From Candidatus Roizmanbacteria bacterium RIFCSPLOWO2_02_FULL_40_13 (lineage in GTDB: Bacteria; Patescibacteriota; Microgenomatia; UBA1406; GWC2-37-13), in the NCBI GenBank assembly GCA_001789965.1, contig MGBA01000021.1:28507-92506 (forward strand): 64,000 nucleotides of DNA, written 5' to 3'. Below the pieces are notes generated by a model, which saw only the letters and a program-made list of their open reading frames with translations, did no database searches and was not told the DNA's origin. Position numbers and translations under genes: made by a program. Below, piece by piece: positions 50,201 to 59,063 of the stretch (within the stretch, counting starts at the first letter, position 1; each line of letters opens with the position of its first letter).

Positions 50201-51454
50201 TTACAACGCAAATACTAAAAGCCACATTCCAATAGTAACAAGACTCAGTGATGAGAAAACAAGTAGCGAAGTATTTACTCCGCTCACAGGAGGCGTAGGA
50301 GTAGTATTAGCAATAATTGTTGGTGAGGGAGACGCTGTGGGAATAGCTGCACCCGTTGCTTCTCCAAGGACCTGTTCTCCGCTTTTTGCAATTGAAAAGT
50401 TCCGCGTAAGAAGGGTTTCTTTTCCATTTGTGTCCGGCGTGCGGACAGTAAGAGTGTGTTTGCCGGCAGAAAGAGGACTCGCCAGACTTATACTCCAAAA
50501 TCCATCACCACCTATTTTTGTTTTTACTGTTGCGTCCTTTTTTGTATCGGTGACCACTGCTGAGAGATTGCTGTTTGGGATACCGGTTCCCCGTATAAGA
50601 GGGGTTGAACCCGGAACAATTGCGTTTTCCCGCGGAAAAAGAATCTCGATTTTTACTCTTTTATCATCGGTTACAGATAAAACATTTTCTTTTTTATTCA
50701 GATTGTAATTTTTTCCTAATATTATAGTTTCAGGTAAGGGACTCAGATTTGAGATGTTGGTTTGGACGCTGGAGCGGTTTCCATTATCCGAAAAAAGTTC
50801 AATTTTAATCACCTCATCTTTAGAAAGGACCTTGAGTGCTCCTGTTTTTTTATCAATTATATAGTTAAGAGGAATCAGCCACTCGCCGGAAGCTTTTGAA
50901 AGAGCTGATAGTAAATACGCATTGTTTGCCGACAAAAGAACGATAACATTATCAAGAGGCGCTCCGTTTGAATCCGTCACCTTGCCATATGCAGGTTTCA
51001 GATTGCTCACCCTTGAAGTTCGTGGCAAAGTGGATAAGGAGAAAGCTCTTCCCTCCGGATTTGCAATAAGCTCCTTATTATTAACAAGCTTAAAAAAATA
51101 CTCGTTTGAAGGAGTTAGATTCTTCAATATTACATAATGAGTAAGCCTTGCCGTTTTACTATCCTGAAAATCGCGCTCATCAAGCGCTATTTGGTTGAGC
51201 TTATTTTCTTGAGATCCGTATGCAATCCAACCGGGTTCCTTTTGCTCTGTTTGCCAAAATATGGCGACTTGGCTCGAAGATAGATTGGTTACTTCGACGT
51301 TTTTTATTACTTTTTTTGTCGCTCTTGAAGAAGGAGGTTCGCTTCTAAAGAAAACAATACTTACAAATACCACAACGACTATCACCACTGCAAAAGACAA
51401 CCATGTGGGAATCTGAACTTCTTTTCGAGAATATATATCGGTGAAGGAGGTCAT
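50201..51454 (-). CDS. Surface protein with FN3-like and Ig-like domains, anchored at both termini
   Basis: 417-aa ORF. N-terminal TM, an FN3-like segment (VEVTNLSSSQVAIFWQTEQKEPGWIAYG...THYVILKNLTPSNEYFFK), an Ig-like segment (PLIRGTGIPNSNLSAVV...GFWSISLASPLSAGKHTLTVRT), and a C-terminal hydrophobic tail. Confidence 0.5.
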   Translation of the reverse strand: MTSFTDIYSRKEVQIPTWLSFAVVIVVVVFVSIVFFRSEPPSSRATKKVIKNVEVTNLSSSQVAIFWQTEQKEPGWIAYGSQENKLNQIALDERDFQDSKTARLTHYVILKNLTPSNEYFFKLVNNKELIANPEGRAFSLSTLPRTSRVSNLKPAYGKVTDSNGAPLDNVIVLLSANNAYLLSALSKASGEWLIPLNYIIDKKTGALKVLSKDEVIKIELFSDNGNRSSVQTNISNLSPLPETIILGKNYNLNKKENVLSVTDDKRVKIEILFPRENAIVPGSTPLIRGTGIPNSNLSAVVTDTKKDATVKTKIGGDGFWSISLASPLSAGKHTLTVRTPDTNGKETLLTRNFSIAKSGEQVLGEATGAAIPTASPSPTIIANTTPTPPVSGVNTSLLVFSSLSLVTIGMWLLVFAL

Positions 51455-51455
51455 C

Positions 51456-51641
51456 TTAGTGATTTTTTGACTTAAGAACTTCTACCATCTCTTTGCTTAT
51501 CGCTGTTTCTTTTATAAGAGGAAGACTCACATTGTCTTTTTCATATTCCCGCGCCGCCGCATGATAAATATCTGCCATAAGCCATGCGATTACCGTACAA
51601 AATACTCCGATTGAGATCAGCAAAAATTCCTTTCTATTCAT
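51456..51641 (-). CDS. Small single-pass membrane protein
   Basis: 61-aa ORF with one TM segment (FLLISIGVFCTVIAWLMADIY). ATGA overlap with the upstream gene and a 1-nt gap to the downstream gene. Confidence 0.5.
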   Translation of the reverse strand: MNRKEFLLISIGVFCTVIAWLMADIYHAAAREYEKDNVSLPLIKETAISKEMVEVLKSKNH

Positions 51642-52225
51642 AAGTAATATCCTTCAATTTCAAGTTGAAATTTAAGACCGGCACTTCCAGTCGCTTCGCT
51701 TTTTTGTCTTGTGATTTCAAACTTTCTAATTTTTTTAAGACGTCTTTGATTATAAACTTCCTCTATTGATTTTAATAAATTTTCAAAAGAAGATGTTGCC
51801 TCAATGTTAAAGGTAGTGGATTGTAATTTTCCCTTCGTCTTATCTACGAGATTAACTTCTCCTGAGTTAAATTTTTCGATTGTCACTGAGTTGGTCGCAG
51901 TCGCATTCTCAACGTCTCCAATCAACTCGTTCATATTAGGGCGTCGAGGGATAGCTTCTCCAAAAAGATGGAGATCGTCTCTATATGTTTCAAAAGAAGA
52001 TTGTATATCGACTATTTTGGAGATAACCGATTCGTACCGTGAATTAAGTGCGAAAAGCTGCTCTTCCTCTTGTTTAAGAGAAAAGGCCGTGACAAGTGAA
52101 GGGCGGATTGCAAAAAAAACAAAGATTGAAAATACCAGAAAGAACAACGATGCAAAAGTATAATCTTTTGCCTTTTTTGAAGAGATTTGTTTTAAGAGTT
52201 GTTTTAACAGATTTTGTTTATCCAT
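51638..52225 (-). CDS. PilO-like type IV pilus assembly protein
   Basis: 195-aa ORF with the PilO architecture: a short cytoplasmic N-terminus, TM segment (FASLFFLVFSIFVFFAI), coiled coil, then an alpha/beta C-terminal domain. It directly follows the PilN-like gene. Confidence 0.5.
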   Translation of the reverse strand: MDKQNLLKQLLKQISSKKAKDYTFASLFFLVFSIFVFFAIRPSLVTAFSLKQEEEQLFALNSRYESVISKIVDIQSSFETYRDDLHLFGEAIPRRPNMNELIGDVENATATNSVTIEKFNSGEVNLVDKTKGKLQSTTFNIEATSSFENLLKSIEEVYNQRRLKKIRKFEITRQKSEATGSAGLKFQLEIEGYYL

Positions 52226-52226
52226 A

Positions 52227-52769
52227 TTATTTTTTTGCTTTTGAAACTTTTATTCCGGTATCAAGCTCGATAGTAAATGAATATCCACTTTCCCCACGTT
52301 TCACATTGACAAGCGCAACAGAAGGAAATTTATTCTCTTTTTTCAATCTGTTATAAAAAAGCTGGAGGTGTTGAGGGTTGAGGGCAACGCCGGTGAGTGT
52401 CAATTTTCCCTCGTCAAATACCATATGGTCAAGAACAAGAGCCTCGGGAAATATAGACAATATATATCTAACAGAAGAAAGCAGGTTGTCTTGGTCCTTC
52501 AGGATTTGTTTTGATTCCGCTGCCTGGTCGTTTATCTTTTTTGCTTCTGCAAGAATTGGTTGAACGACCTCTATGATCGCTCTTTTTTGTCCGATTGAAT
52601 CTCGAAGATCAATTATTGTCTCATCTACACTGAAACGAAAGAAGAAAACCACGAGAACAATGAGCTGTGTAAAAACCAGGATATAACGTAAATAATGGAG
52701 AAAGAAATAAACAATCTTGTCGACTATATTTGGCTGCTTTTTCCCTGCAAGATTGATGTTATATTTCAT
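52227..52769 (-). CDS. PilN-like type IV pilus assembly protein
   Basis: 180-aa ORF. N-terminal YNINL (the PilN INLLP-type PilM-binding motif), a TM segment, a coiled coil, and a C-terminal LTLTGVALNPQHLQLFYNRLKK pattern. Confidence 0.55.
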   Translation of the reverse strand: MKYNINLAGKKQPNIVDKIVYFFLHYLRYILVFTQLIVLVVFFFRFSVDETIIDLRDSIGQKRAIIEVVQPILAEAKKINDQAAESKQILKDQDNLLSSVRYILSIFPEALVLDHMVFDEGKLTLTGVALNPQHLQLFYNRLKKENKFPSVALVNVKRGESGYSFTIELDTGIKVSKAKK

Positions 52770-53026
52770 TTGGCCGATTTCGTCTTAATATGTACCGTAC
52801 GAGAAGCTTTTGACTTTAATCGGCTCGCCTTTTTTTTATGAATGACGCCACGTTTTGCTGCTTTATCAATCGCCTTGTATGCTTTTGAAAGAACATCCCT
52901 TTTGTCTTTAGCAGTTCCTTTGAGCTGTTTTAAGGCTTTTTTATAAGACTTTTCATACAGCTTATTTCGTACTAATCTTTTTTTTGTTTGTCTGAGACGT
53001 TTTTTTGCGGACTTTATGATAGGCAT
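52766..53026 (-). CDS. rpsT: 30S ribosomal protein S20
   Basis: 86-aa ORF with MPIIKSAKKRLRQTKKRLVRNK and IDKAAKRGVIHKKKASRLKS. Preceded by a perfect AAGGAGGT. Confidence 0.93.
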   Translation of the reverse strand: MPIIKSAKKRLRQTKKRLVRNKLYEKSYKKALKQLKGTAKDKRDVLSKAYKAIDKAAKRGVIHKKKASRLKSKASRTVHIKTKSAK

Positions 53027-53030
53027 AAGT

Positions 53031-53038
53031 ACCTCCTT
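53031..53038 (-). promoter_or_regulatory. Canonical Shine-Dalgarno sequence (AAGGAGGT) of rpsT
   Basis: The minus strand reads AAGGAGGT-actt-ATG. It is the only full-length SD I found in front of a called start in this window. Confidence 0.6.
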
Positions 53039-53067
53039 ATCTTTTTACTACCTGACTTTAAGCTTTT

Positions 53068-53541
53068 TTAGAGATCATATTCCTTCTCAAAGATCCGTTG
53101 TCCGTAACCTCCGTTAAATATAAGCGAAAGTCTGACCGGTCCGACTACAGTATGGTAGACACAGGTGCCGGAAGAACAGGTGCCCAATGTCACTGTTTTG
53201 GAGAAAAAACTTTCTCTAGATTTCAGTTCAACGGTACCTATTGCTCCCTGAGGTCCTTGTCCTTGGGCATCATACGATAGTTCGTACTCTACGGATTTTG
53301 TTCCAGAAGGCATATTTTTTACAGAAAGCTCCACTTCTTTTTTATTGGGTTTTGCTTTTAGGCTGATCTGTACGGATGCATCAACGGTCGGAATCGCTTC
53401 CTCATTGTTCAAGACATCTTCCATCTGACTTTTTTTCGATTGGTTAGATGAAATAAAGAAAAAAATTCCTCCTAAAACAACCAAAACAACAACTACAAGA
53501 GCAGCTGCAACAGCTTTCTTATTCTTCAAAAATGCTTCCAT
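53068..53541 (-). CDS. TM-anchored extracellular beta-rich protein, function unknown
   Basis: 157-aa ORF. N-terminal TM segment (AAALVVVVLVVLGGIFFFI) followed by a beta-rich domain with CSSGTC. Confidence 0.45.
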   Translation of the reverse strand: MEAFLKNKKAVAAALVVVVLVVLGGIFFFISSNQSKKSQMEDVLNNEEAIPTVDASVQISLKAKPNKKEVELSVKNMPSGTKSVEYELSYDAQGQGPQGAIGTVELKSRESFFSKTVTLGTCSSGTCVYHTVVGPVRLSLIFNGGYGQRIFEKEYDL

Positions 53542-53558
53542 AGTTTATCCAGGTAAAC

Positions 53559-54830
53559 TTATAACAGTTGATCTTTAATTAACGATAGAACAGTATCTTT
53601 CGGGATTCTTTTTTGTTCGGCGCTATCACGGTCCCGGAGGGTTACTGTTCCATCCTCCAGACTTTGATAGTCTACAGTTATGCAATACGGCGTCCCGATT
53701 TCATCCTGGGCGGCATATCGCTTTCCGATGTTTCCTCTATCATCCCATGCTACCATAATCTCACCTCTTACATTATCGTAGATTTTACGCGCAACATCAA
53801 CCATTTCTTCCTTATTGGCAAGAAGGGGGAAGACAGCTGCTTTGTACGGAGCGAGTTTTGGATGCAACTTCAGGATGAGCCGTTTATCATCTTCATGATA
53901 GGCATTCAGAAGGAAAAATAAGGTTGAGCGGTCAACACCTCCTGAAGTCTCGATGACCCATGGAGTATATTCGGTATTATCTTCATCTTTATAGGTCAAT
54001 TTGTGACGGGAAAGGTCCCATTCTCCCCGGTGATGAATTCCCTCAAATTCACTCCAACCAATCGGAGCGTGAAACTCTATGTCGGTTGCAGAGCGGGCAT
54101 AGTGGGCACGCTCGTCATCGTGGTGATCGCGAAAGCGGAGGTTGGCTTTTTTCATGCCGAGTCCTGTATACCATTGCATCCGTTGCTCTTTCCAGTAATC
54201 AAACCATTTTTGGCCTTCGGTTTCATCAGGTTTGATGAAAAACTCAAGTTCCATCTGTTCAAACTCACGGCTTCTGTAGGTGAAATTCCCCGGCGTAATC
54301 TCATTTCTAAAAGCTTTTCCAACCTGCGCAATACCAAAGGGGATCTTAACCCGAGTTGAATCAACAACGTTCTTAAAGTTCACAAAAACTCCTTGCGTTA
54401 TCTCACCGCGTAAGTATGTTTTCAACTTTGGCTCTGTTACGCCAAGATAAACTTCAGTTAAGAGATTAAAGTGCTTTGCTTCAGTCCATTCGGTTTTTTT
54501 CCCAGCATGTTCTTTTTCGTGTTCTTTTACCTCTTCTTTTTTGTCGGCGCGGAATCTTTTATGACAAACTTTACATTCAATTAGAGGGTCAGTAAAGGCC
54601 TCCAAGTGACCTGAGGCTTTCCAGACCTCAGGATTCATAATAACCGAAGCGTCTAAGCCAACCACGTCATCACGAAGCTGAACCATGGACTTCCACCACT
54701 CATTTTTAATATTTCGTTTCAGTTCGGTTCCAAGCGGTCCGTAGTCCCAGAAGCCTGCAATTCCTCCGTAGATCTCTGATGAAGGGTAAATAAAACCTCT
54801 TCTTTTTGCGAGTGCGACAACCTTATCCAT
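53559..54830 (-). CDS. glyQS: Glycyl-tRNA synthetase, dimeric (GlyQS) type
   Basis: 423-aa ORF with RRGFIYPSSEIYGGIAGFWDYGPLG, FRNEITPG and GGVDRS. Confidence 0.94.
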   Translation of the reverse strand: MDKVVALAKRRGFIYPSSEIYGGIAGFWDYGPLGTELKRNIKNEWWKSMVQLRDDVVGLDASVIMNPEVWKASGHLEAFTDPLIECKVCHKRFRADKKEEVKEHEKEHAGKKTEWTEAKHFNLLTEVYLGVTEPKLKTYLRGEITQGVFVNFKNVVDSTRVKIPFGIAQVGKAFRNEITPGNFTYRSREFEQMELEFFIKPDETEGQKWFDYWKEQRMQWYTGLGMKKANLRFRDHHDDERAHYARSATDIEFHAPIGWSEFEGIHHRGEWDLSRHKLTYKDEDNTEYTPWVIETSGGVDRSTLFFLLNAYHEDDKRLILKLHPKLAPYKAAVFPLLANKEEMVDVARKIYDNVRGEIMVAWDDRGNIGKRYAAQDEIGTPYCITVDYQSLEDGTVTLRDRDSAEQKRIPKDTVLSLIKDQLL

Positions 54831-54837
54831 AGAAGAA

Positions 54838-55377
54838 TTATATAATAAAAAAGGGTAGTTTTTCGTTTATCAGTTGTTCAATTGTGACGCGCAATTCCTC
54901 AATATCTTTTTCCTTATCATCTTCGTGTAGATACCCCAGTTGAGCAAGAAGTGTATTGAGTACATGTTCAAGATCCTTTAGATTCGGTTCTTTCTTTTTT
55001 TGAGCGAGAGCGGAAATGTACCGCTTAACCAAGACATACTCAGAAAGCTCCATCTGGGCTTCTGGGAGGAGACGATCAACCACAAAGAATAAAAAATACA
55101 TGTAGCTGAGCTTCACCGGATCTTTTTTTATCTCAGAAAACGCACTTAAAAGAACGGTTTCTTGGAGATAATAGCGCTCTTTGCTTTTTGCAAGGGTAGC
55201 GGTGACCAGATTACCGGTTTGGAGATGAGGAAGGCGCCTGCTGGTGAAGGTTCTGACGCCCTTTGCAAAGACCGACAGCTTCCCGTGATCCTTTGAGAAT
55301 ATGGTGATAATACTGTCTTTTGTGGGCAGATTTTTCTTCTTGAGAATGAAGGCGTCTGTTTGTATATTCCTTGGCAT
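54838..55377 (-). CDS. recO: DNA repair protein RecO, short form
   Basis: 179-aa ORF. N-terminal OB-fold pattern DAFILKKKNLPTKDSIITIFSKDHGKLSVFAKGVR and a helical C-terminal part. I see no zinc-finger cysteines. Confidence 0.6.
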   Translation of the reverse strand: MPRNIQTDAFILKKKNLPTKDSIITIFSKDHGKLSVFAKGVRTFTSRRLPHLQTGNLVTATLAKSKERYYLQETVLLSAFSEIKKDPVKLSYMYFLFFVVDRLLPEAQMELSEYVLVKRYISALAQKKKEPNLKDLEHVLNTLLAQLGYLHEDDKEKDIEELRVTIEQLINEKLPFFII

Positions 55378-55385
55378 ACAGCGTA

Positions 55386-57218
55386 TTAGTCTGTAATGAC
55401 CACGTCTTTGTCAAGAAGTTGATTATATACAGTTTTTCCTTTGATTAGAGCCTTGAGAGTGAGAGTGTCTACGCTTGGCTGTTTCTGCACCAGAAGTTCG
55501 TAATTATTCGCTGAAATCCCATCAGGAAGGGTATAAGTGACCTGAACGGTAGCTTTTCCAAGAGGATTGACTCTCAGGAATCCCTCGAACACTGTTTTTC
55601 CGAGCTCATCATAGGTTTTAACAGGAGTTTCTGAGCCGATAAATTCTACGAGTTTTGAACCTTTGGGGACATATATACGAATCCAGTTTCTCAGCTGGGC
55701 GTTAAGACAGAGTCCTCCTCGCTCAAGATTGCAGTCTGAGTGGGGATATGGATTTCTCCAGTCGATCAGAACCTCTCTTTCTACAGTGTTTCCCTTAAAT
55801 GTAGTCTTAGACTCAACTGTTTCATTTACAAAAAGGTTGGATTTTGCGCCGGCAAAGTTCACGTTATTAATGTGAAGATAATCACCATTAAATTGTCTTA
55901 TTCTTCCCCCATAATTAAGCTTTTCAATGGACTCTTGAAGGGTTTTATCAGGGAAATGGACAAGAATATGTTTGGTGTCCAGATTATGGATAGAGTTTTC
56001 AATAAATGGTCCCCAGTAGCGTGAGGGAGAAAACCCAAGGACTTTCAAAAGGAGTGCCTGCATGAGTTGTCCAAGAATACCTTTTCGGTCTTCTTTTACA
56101 TAATTTACCGGCCTATCGACAATGTCAAAGAGAGTGTAGATAACCTGCGGACAGTCACATCGTTTATCTTCTTTTGCTGAAAAAACTACTCCACCGGCTT
56201 CCGTGTCACCGAAGATTGTAAGCATATCGACCAGTACTTTGGAATCAAGCGTGATGATTCCGTCATAGTCAACTTTTTTAGGACTCTTTTGATAGAGAGA
56301 ATTAAAAAGCTTTATAGACTCGACAAAGTCAGGAGACAGATTACTGTCTCTTATGACAAACTGGGACACGCCCTTATGGTAGGCAAGAATTTCACGGGGG
56401 GCACGTGGATGAGACGACAAAGAATTATCAAGTTGATAGATATCGTCAGAAGACTCTTTCTTGATTCTTCCTTTGTCGATATTAAATACCGCATATGAAG
56501 TTAGAAATCCACCTGTTGCTCTTCGTTCCTTATCATTTTGAAAAAGAATCAAATATGTTTTTGGCTCGTCTTTACCTAAGATATCCGGAAGCTGCTTAAG
56601 AAGCGGTTTTGCATCCACAAAAAGAGTAGTAACTCCAAGCGCCGAGTTTCTCAGATTCGCCACTTTATCCTGAGCTTTAAATCCGAGGAAATTTTTTGGA
56701 TATCGGTGAGGGTTGATTTTGTTAAGTCTGATTTCCGCCTGCTCAAAATTTTTCGATATTGGATCAATTCTATCAACGATTTTATCAAGGGTGAGGACCG
56801 CGGTTTGTAGTCTATCCTCTGCTGATTTCTCCACAAAAGACGCTTCTCCTTTTTTAAATCCAATAAGATCTGCATAAGGACTGATTGCTACGACAGACTC
56901 TTTTGCTGCGCGGATCATGTAGTTTCCTGCCTCAAGCCCGTTTTTCATATCGCCTACGTATGGAATGAATGCGAAAAGATAAAGAGGTTTTGCCTCGCGC
57001 TCTAAAGCAGCGTATTTTACAGAAAAGTCATCAAGGTCTTTTTTTACCAGATCAAGATCATTTTTCGCAAAATCCTTTTTAAGTTGTTGGGCAGATTTTT
57101 TAAGAGCGCCACCGCGGACGTTTATCAGTTTGAAAGGTTTATATACGAAAAAGTAGAGCAGGATAAAAACGATAAATCCGACGACGTATGGGTTTCGCTT
57201 TTTTCTGTTTTTTCTCAT
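55386..57218 (-). CDS. DUF4012 domain-containing membrane protein
   Basis: N-terminal TM segment and the DUF4012-type motif LILFQNDKERRATGGFLTSYAVF. I prefer the ATG at 57218 (MRKNRKK). The track start at 57329 would overlap the upstream gene by 67 nt. Confidence 0.7.
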   Translation of the reverse strand: MRKNRKKRNPYVVGFIVFILLYFFVYKPFKLINVRGGALKKSAQQLKKDFAKNDLDLVKKDLDDFSVKYAALEREAKPLYLFAFIPYVGDMKNGLEAGNYMIRAAKESVVAISPYADLIGFKKGEASFVEKSAEDRLQTAVLTLDKIVDRIDPISKNFEQAEIRLNKINPHRYPKNFLGFKAQDKVANLRNSALGVTTLFVDAKPLLKQLPDILGKDEPKTYLILFQNDKERRATGGFLTSYAVFNIDKGRIKKESSDDIYQLDNSLSSHPRAPREILAYHKGVSQFVIRDSNLSPDFVESIKLFNSLYQKSPKKVDYDGIITLDSKVLVDMLTIFGDTEAGGVVFSAKEDKRCDCPQVIYTLFDIVDRPVNYVKEDRKGILGQLMQALLLKVLGFSPSRYWGPFIENSIHNLDTKHILVHFPDKTLQESIEKLNYGGRIRQFNGDYLHINNVNFAGAKSNLFVNETVESKTTFKGNTVEREVLIDWRNPYPHSDCNLERGGLCLNAQLRNWIRIYVPKGSKLVEFIGSETPVKTYDELGKTVFEGFLRVNPLGKATVQVTYTLPDGISANNYELLVQKQPSVDTLTLKALIKGKTVYNQLLDKDVVITD

Positions 57219-57262
57219 AATTCCATTTGGTTCTATCGTGCTTCTTTGTCTGTTTTGAGATC

Positions 57263-57925
57263 TCAGACTGCGCCTTTGCCAGTTAGCATTACCCAGGGAG
57301 TTCGAAAAATTATTTCTAAATCTTTCCATAGAGACATTGCATCTATATATTTTGCATCAAGAGCTATTCGTTTGTCAAAATTAATTTCCGATCTTCCGGA
57401 TACCTGCCATAATCCGGTAATTCCTGGTTTAACCGACAAAACTTTTGCAACTAATCTTTTTGTTTGCGGATATACCAGTTGTTGTCCCTCGAGCTCATCT
57501 TTGTAATAAGCCCTTGGTCCAACCAAACTCATTTCTCCCCGTAAAACATTTACAATTTGCGGAATTTCGTCAACCGAGTGTTTTCTAATAAACCTTCCAA
57601 CACTTGTTATCCTCGGGTCTTTTTTTAATTTGTAATTGCCTCGTTTGTATTCCTGATACAAACTTTTAAAACGTGGGTCGATGCGCAACATCTGATGAGC
57701 ATCGATAATCATGGACCGAAACTTGAACATTTTGAAACTTTCTCTTCCCTGTCCTACCCGTTCGGGAACATCGGCAAATATCGGTCCCTTAGAGTTTAAT
57801 TTTATCGCAATGGCGGCAATTAAGCAAATAGGAGAGAAGATCACAACAAGGATTACGGAAAGAATAATATCCAGAAGTCTTTTTAAGTATCGTTCGTACG
57901 CTTTTCCTGTAAAAGGATTTCCCAT
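57263..57925 (-). CDS. Small monotopic phosphoglycosyl transferase (Bac_transf / WbaP C-terminal type)
   Basis: 220-aa ORF with LKRLLDIILSVILVVIFSPI, KGPIF, FKMFKFRSM and DEIPQIVNVLRGEMSLVGPRA. Confidence 0.9.
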   Translation of the reverse strand: MGNPFTGKAYERYLKRLLDIILSVILVVIFSPICLIAAIAIKLNSKGPIFADVPERVGQGRESFKMFKFRSMIIDAHQMLRIDPRFKSLYQEYKRGNYKLKKDPRITSVGRFIRKHSVDEIPQIVNVLRGEMSLVGPRAYYKDELEGQQLVYPQTKRLVAKVLSVKPGITGLWQVSGRSEINFDKRIALDAKYIDAMSLWKDLEIIFRTPWVMLTGKGAV

Positions 57926-57937
57926 AAACTGTTTTTC

Positions 57938-59026
57938 TTAGGTTAACCTCTCGTTTTCTGTGCCCTCAAAACTCTCGACGATTTTTTTAATTTTGGAGAC
58001 TGATGTTTTTTTTGCAACTAAAGTGACGTCACCGGTATTGACAACCAGTAAATTTTCAAGATCGACGCCGACCACCAGCGTACCCTTTTCAAAGTTATAG
58101 ACAAGATTATCTTTAGAGTCTTTTAAAAGAACCTTACCTTCAACAATGTTATCATTCTTATGTTTTTCCAGTGCTTCTTTTAGTGCTTCCCAAGCTCCTA
58201 CATCGCTCCATCCAATATCTTCGACAATTACATATGCGCTTTCCTTTTCCAACTGTTCTAGAACGGCATTGTCAAAGTTTATTGACGGCATATCTTTATA
58301 TTCTTTTTCCAACACTTCTTCGAATGATGGCTTTCCAATACTTTCTTGAATAGCGAGAGTTCTTCTGGAGATCTCAGGAGTAAATCTTTCAAACAAGTTA
58401 AGAATAAATTCCGGAGTAGATACAAAATACCCCAGATTCCAACAGTGTTTTTTATCGGTAAAATATTTGTCGGCAAGCGCCTTATCGGGTTTATACTTAA
58501 AACCCTCAAAAGAGTAGAAATTGAGGTCTCCTTCCTTTTTTTTGGAATCTCCAAATTTAATCCATCCTAAATTATCAGATGCAAATCTCGGTTTTTGTCC
58601 TATAAACACGATTTTATTCTTTTCTTCTTTAATTACTTTTCCTGCAGTCGTTAGGATTTTTTTAAACACATCGAGTTTTTTTACCAGATGGTCGCTCCAC
58701 AAAATCACAACAGGCTCCACTTTGCCGAATTTATGCGAGATGCACGCTATGGCATATGCGACAGCAGGTCCCACGTCTTTTTTATACGGCTCTCCGATAA
58801 TGTTTTCTTTTGGGAGAAAGGGGAGCTGTTTGCGGATAGTGTCGACGTACTGTTTTCCTGTTGAGATAAATATATCCTCAGGTTTAAACTCGGGACGCAT
58901 CCTTTCCACCGTCAACTGAAGAGTGGACTTTTGATCAATCATCTTCTCGAATTGTTTTGGAGATTTTTTCCTCGAGAGAGGCCATAGTCTAGTTCCGACT
59001 CCTCCTGCAAAAATAACAGCCTTCAT
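57938..59026 (-). CDS. Sugar-1-phosphate nucleotidylyltransferase (mannose-1-phosphate guanylyltransferase-like)
   Basis: 362-aa ORF with the N-terminal AVIFAGGVGTRLWPLSRKKSPKQF signature. Confidence 0.82.
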   Translation of the reverse strand: MKAVIFAGGVGTRLWPLSRKKSPKQFEKMIDQKSTLQLTVERMRPEFKPEDIFISTGKQYVDTIRKQLPFLPKENIIGEPYKKDVGPAVAYAIACISHKFGKVEPVVILWSDHLVKKLDVFKKILTTAGKVIKEEKNKIVFIGQKPRFASDNLGWIKFGDSKKKEGDLNFYSFEGFKYKPDKALADKYFTDKKHCWNLGYFVSTPEFILNLFERFTPEISRRTLAIQESIGKPSFEEVLEKEYKDMPSINFDNAVLEQLEKESAYVIVEDIGWSDVGAWEALKEALEKHKNDNIVEGKVLLKDSKDNLVYNFEKGTLVVGVDLENLLVVNTGDVTLVAKKTSVSKIKKIVESFEGTENERLT

Positions 59027-59063
59027 AAGATTAGCTTAAAAGTTTAAAAAGAAAAAAGCAAAA

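Noticed and set aside
50166-50708. 180-aa plus-strand ORF spanning the junction of the two surface-protein genes
   Set aside because: It is the antisense mirror of the Thr/Pro/Val-rich and C-terminal anchor regions of the minus-strand genes. Its composition is low complexity, and it has no motif, promoter or start context. The minus-strand genes have coherent TM and domain architecture and operon coupling.
57219-57329. Longer start (ATG at 57329) for the DUF4012 protein
   Set aside because: It would overlap the upstream sugar-transferase gene by 67 nt, which is atypical here since overlaps elsewhere are 15 nt or less. The ATG at 57218 sits directly before the basic stretch and TM anchor. This is not excluded, and ortholog alignment would decide.
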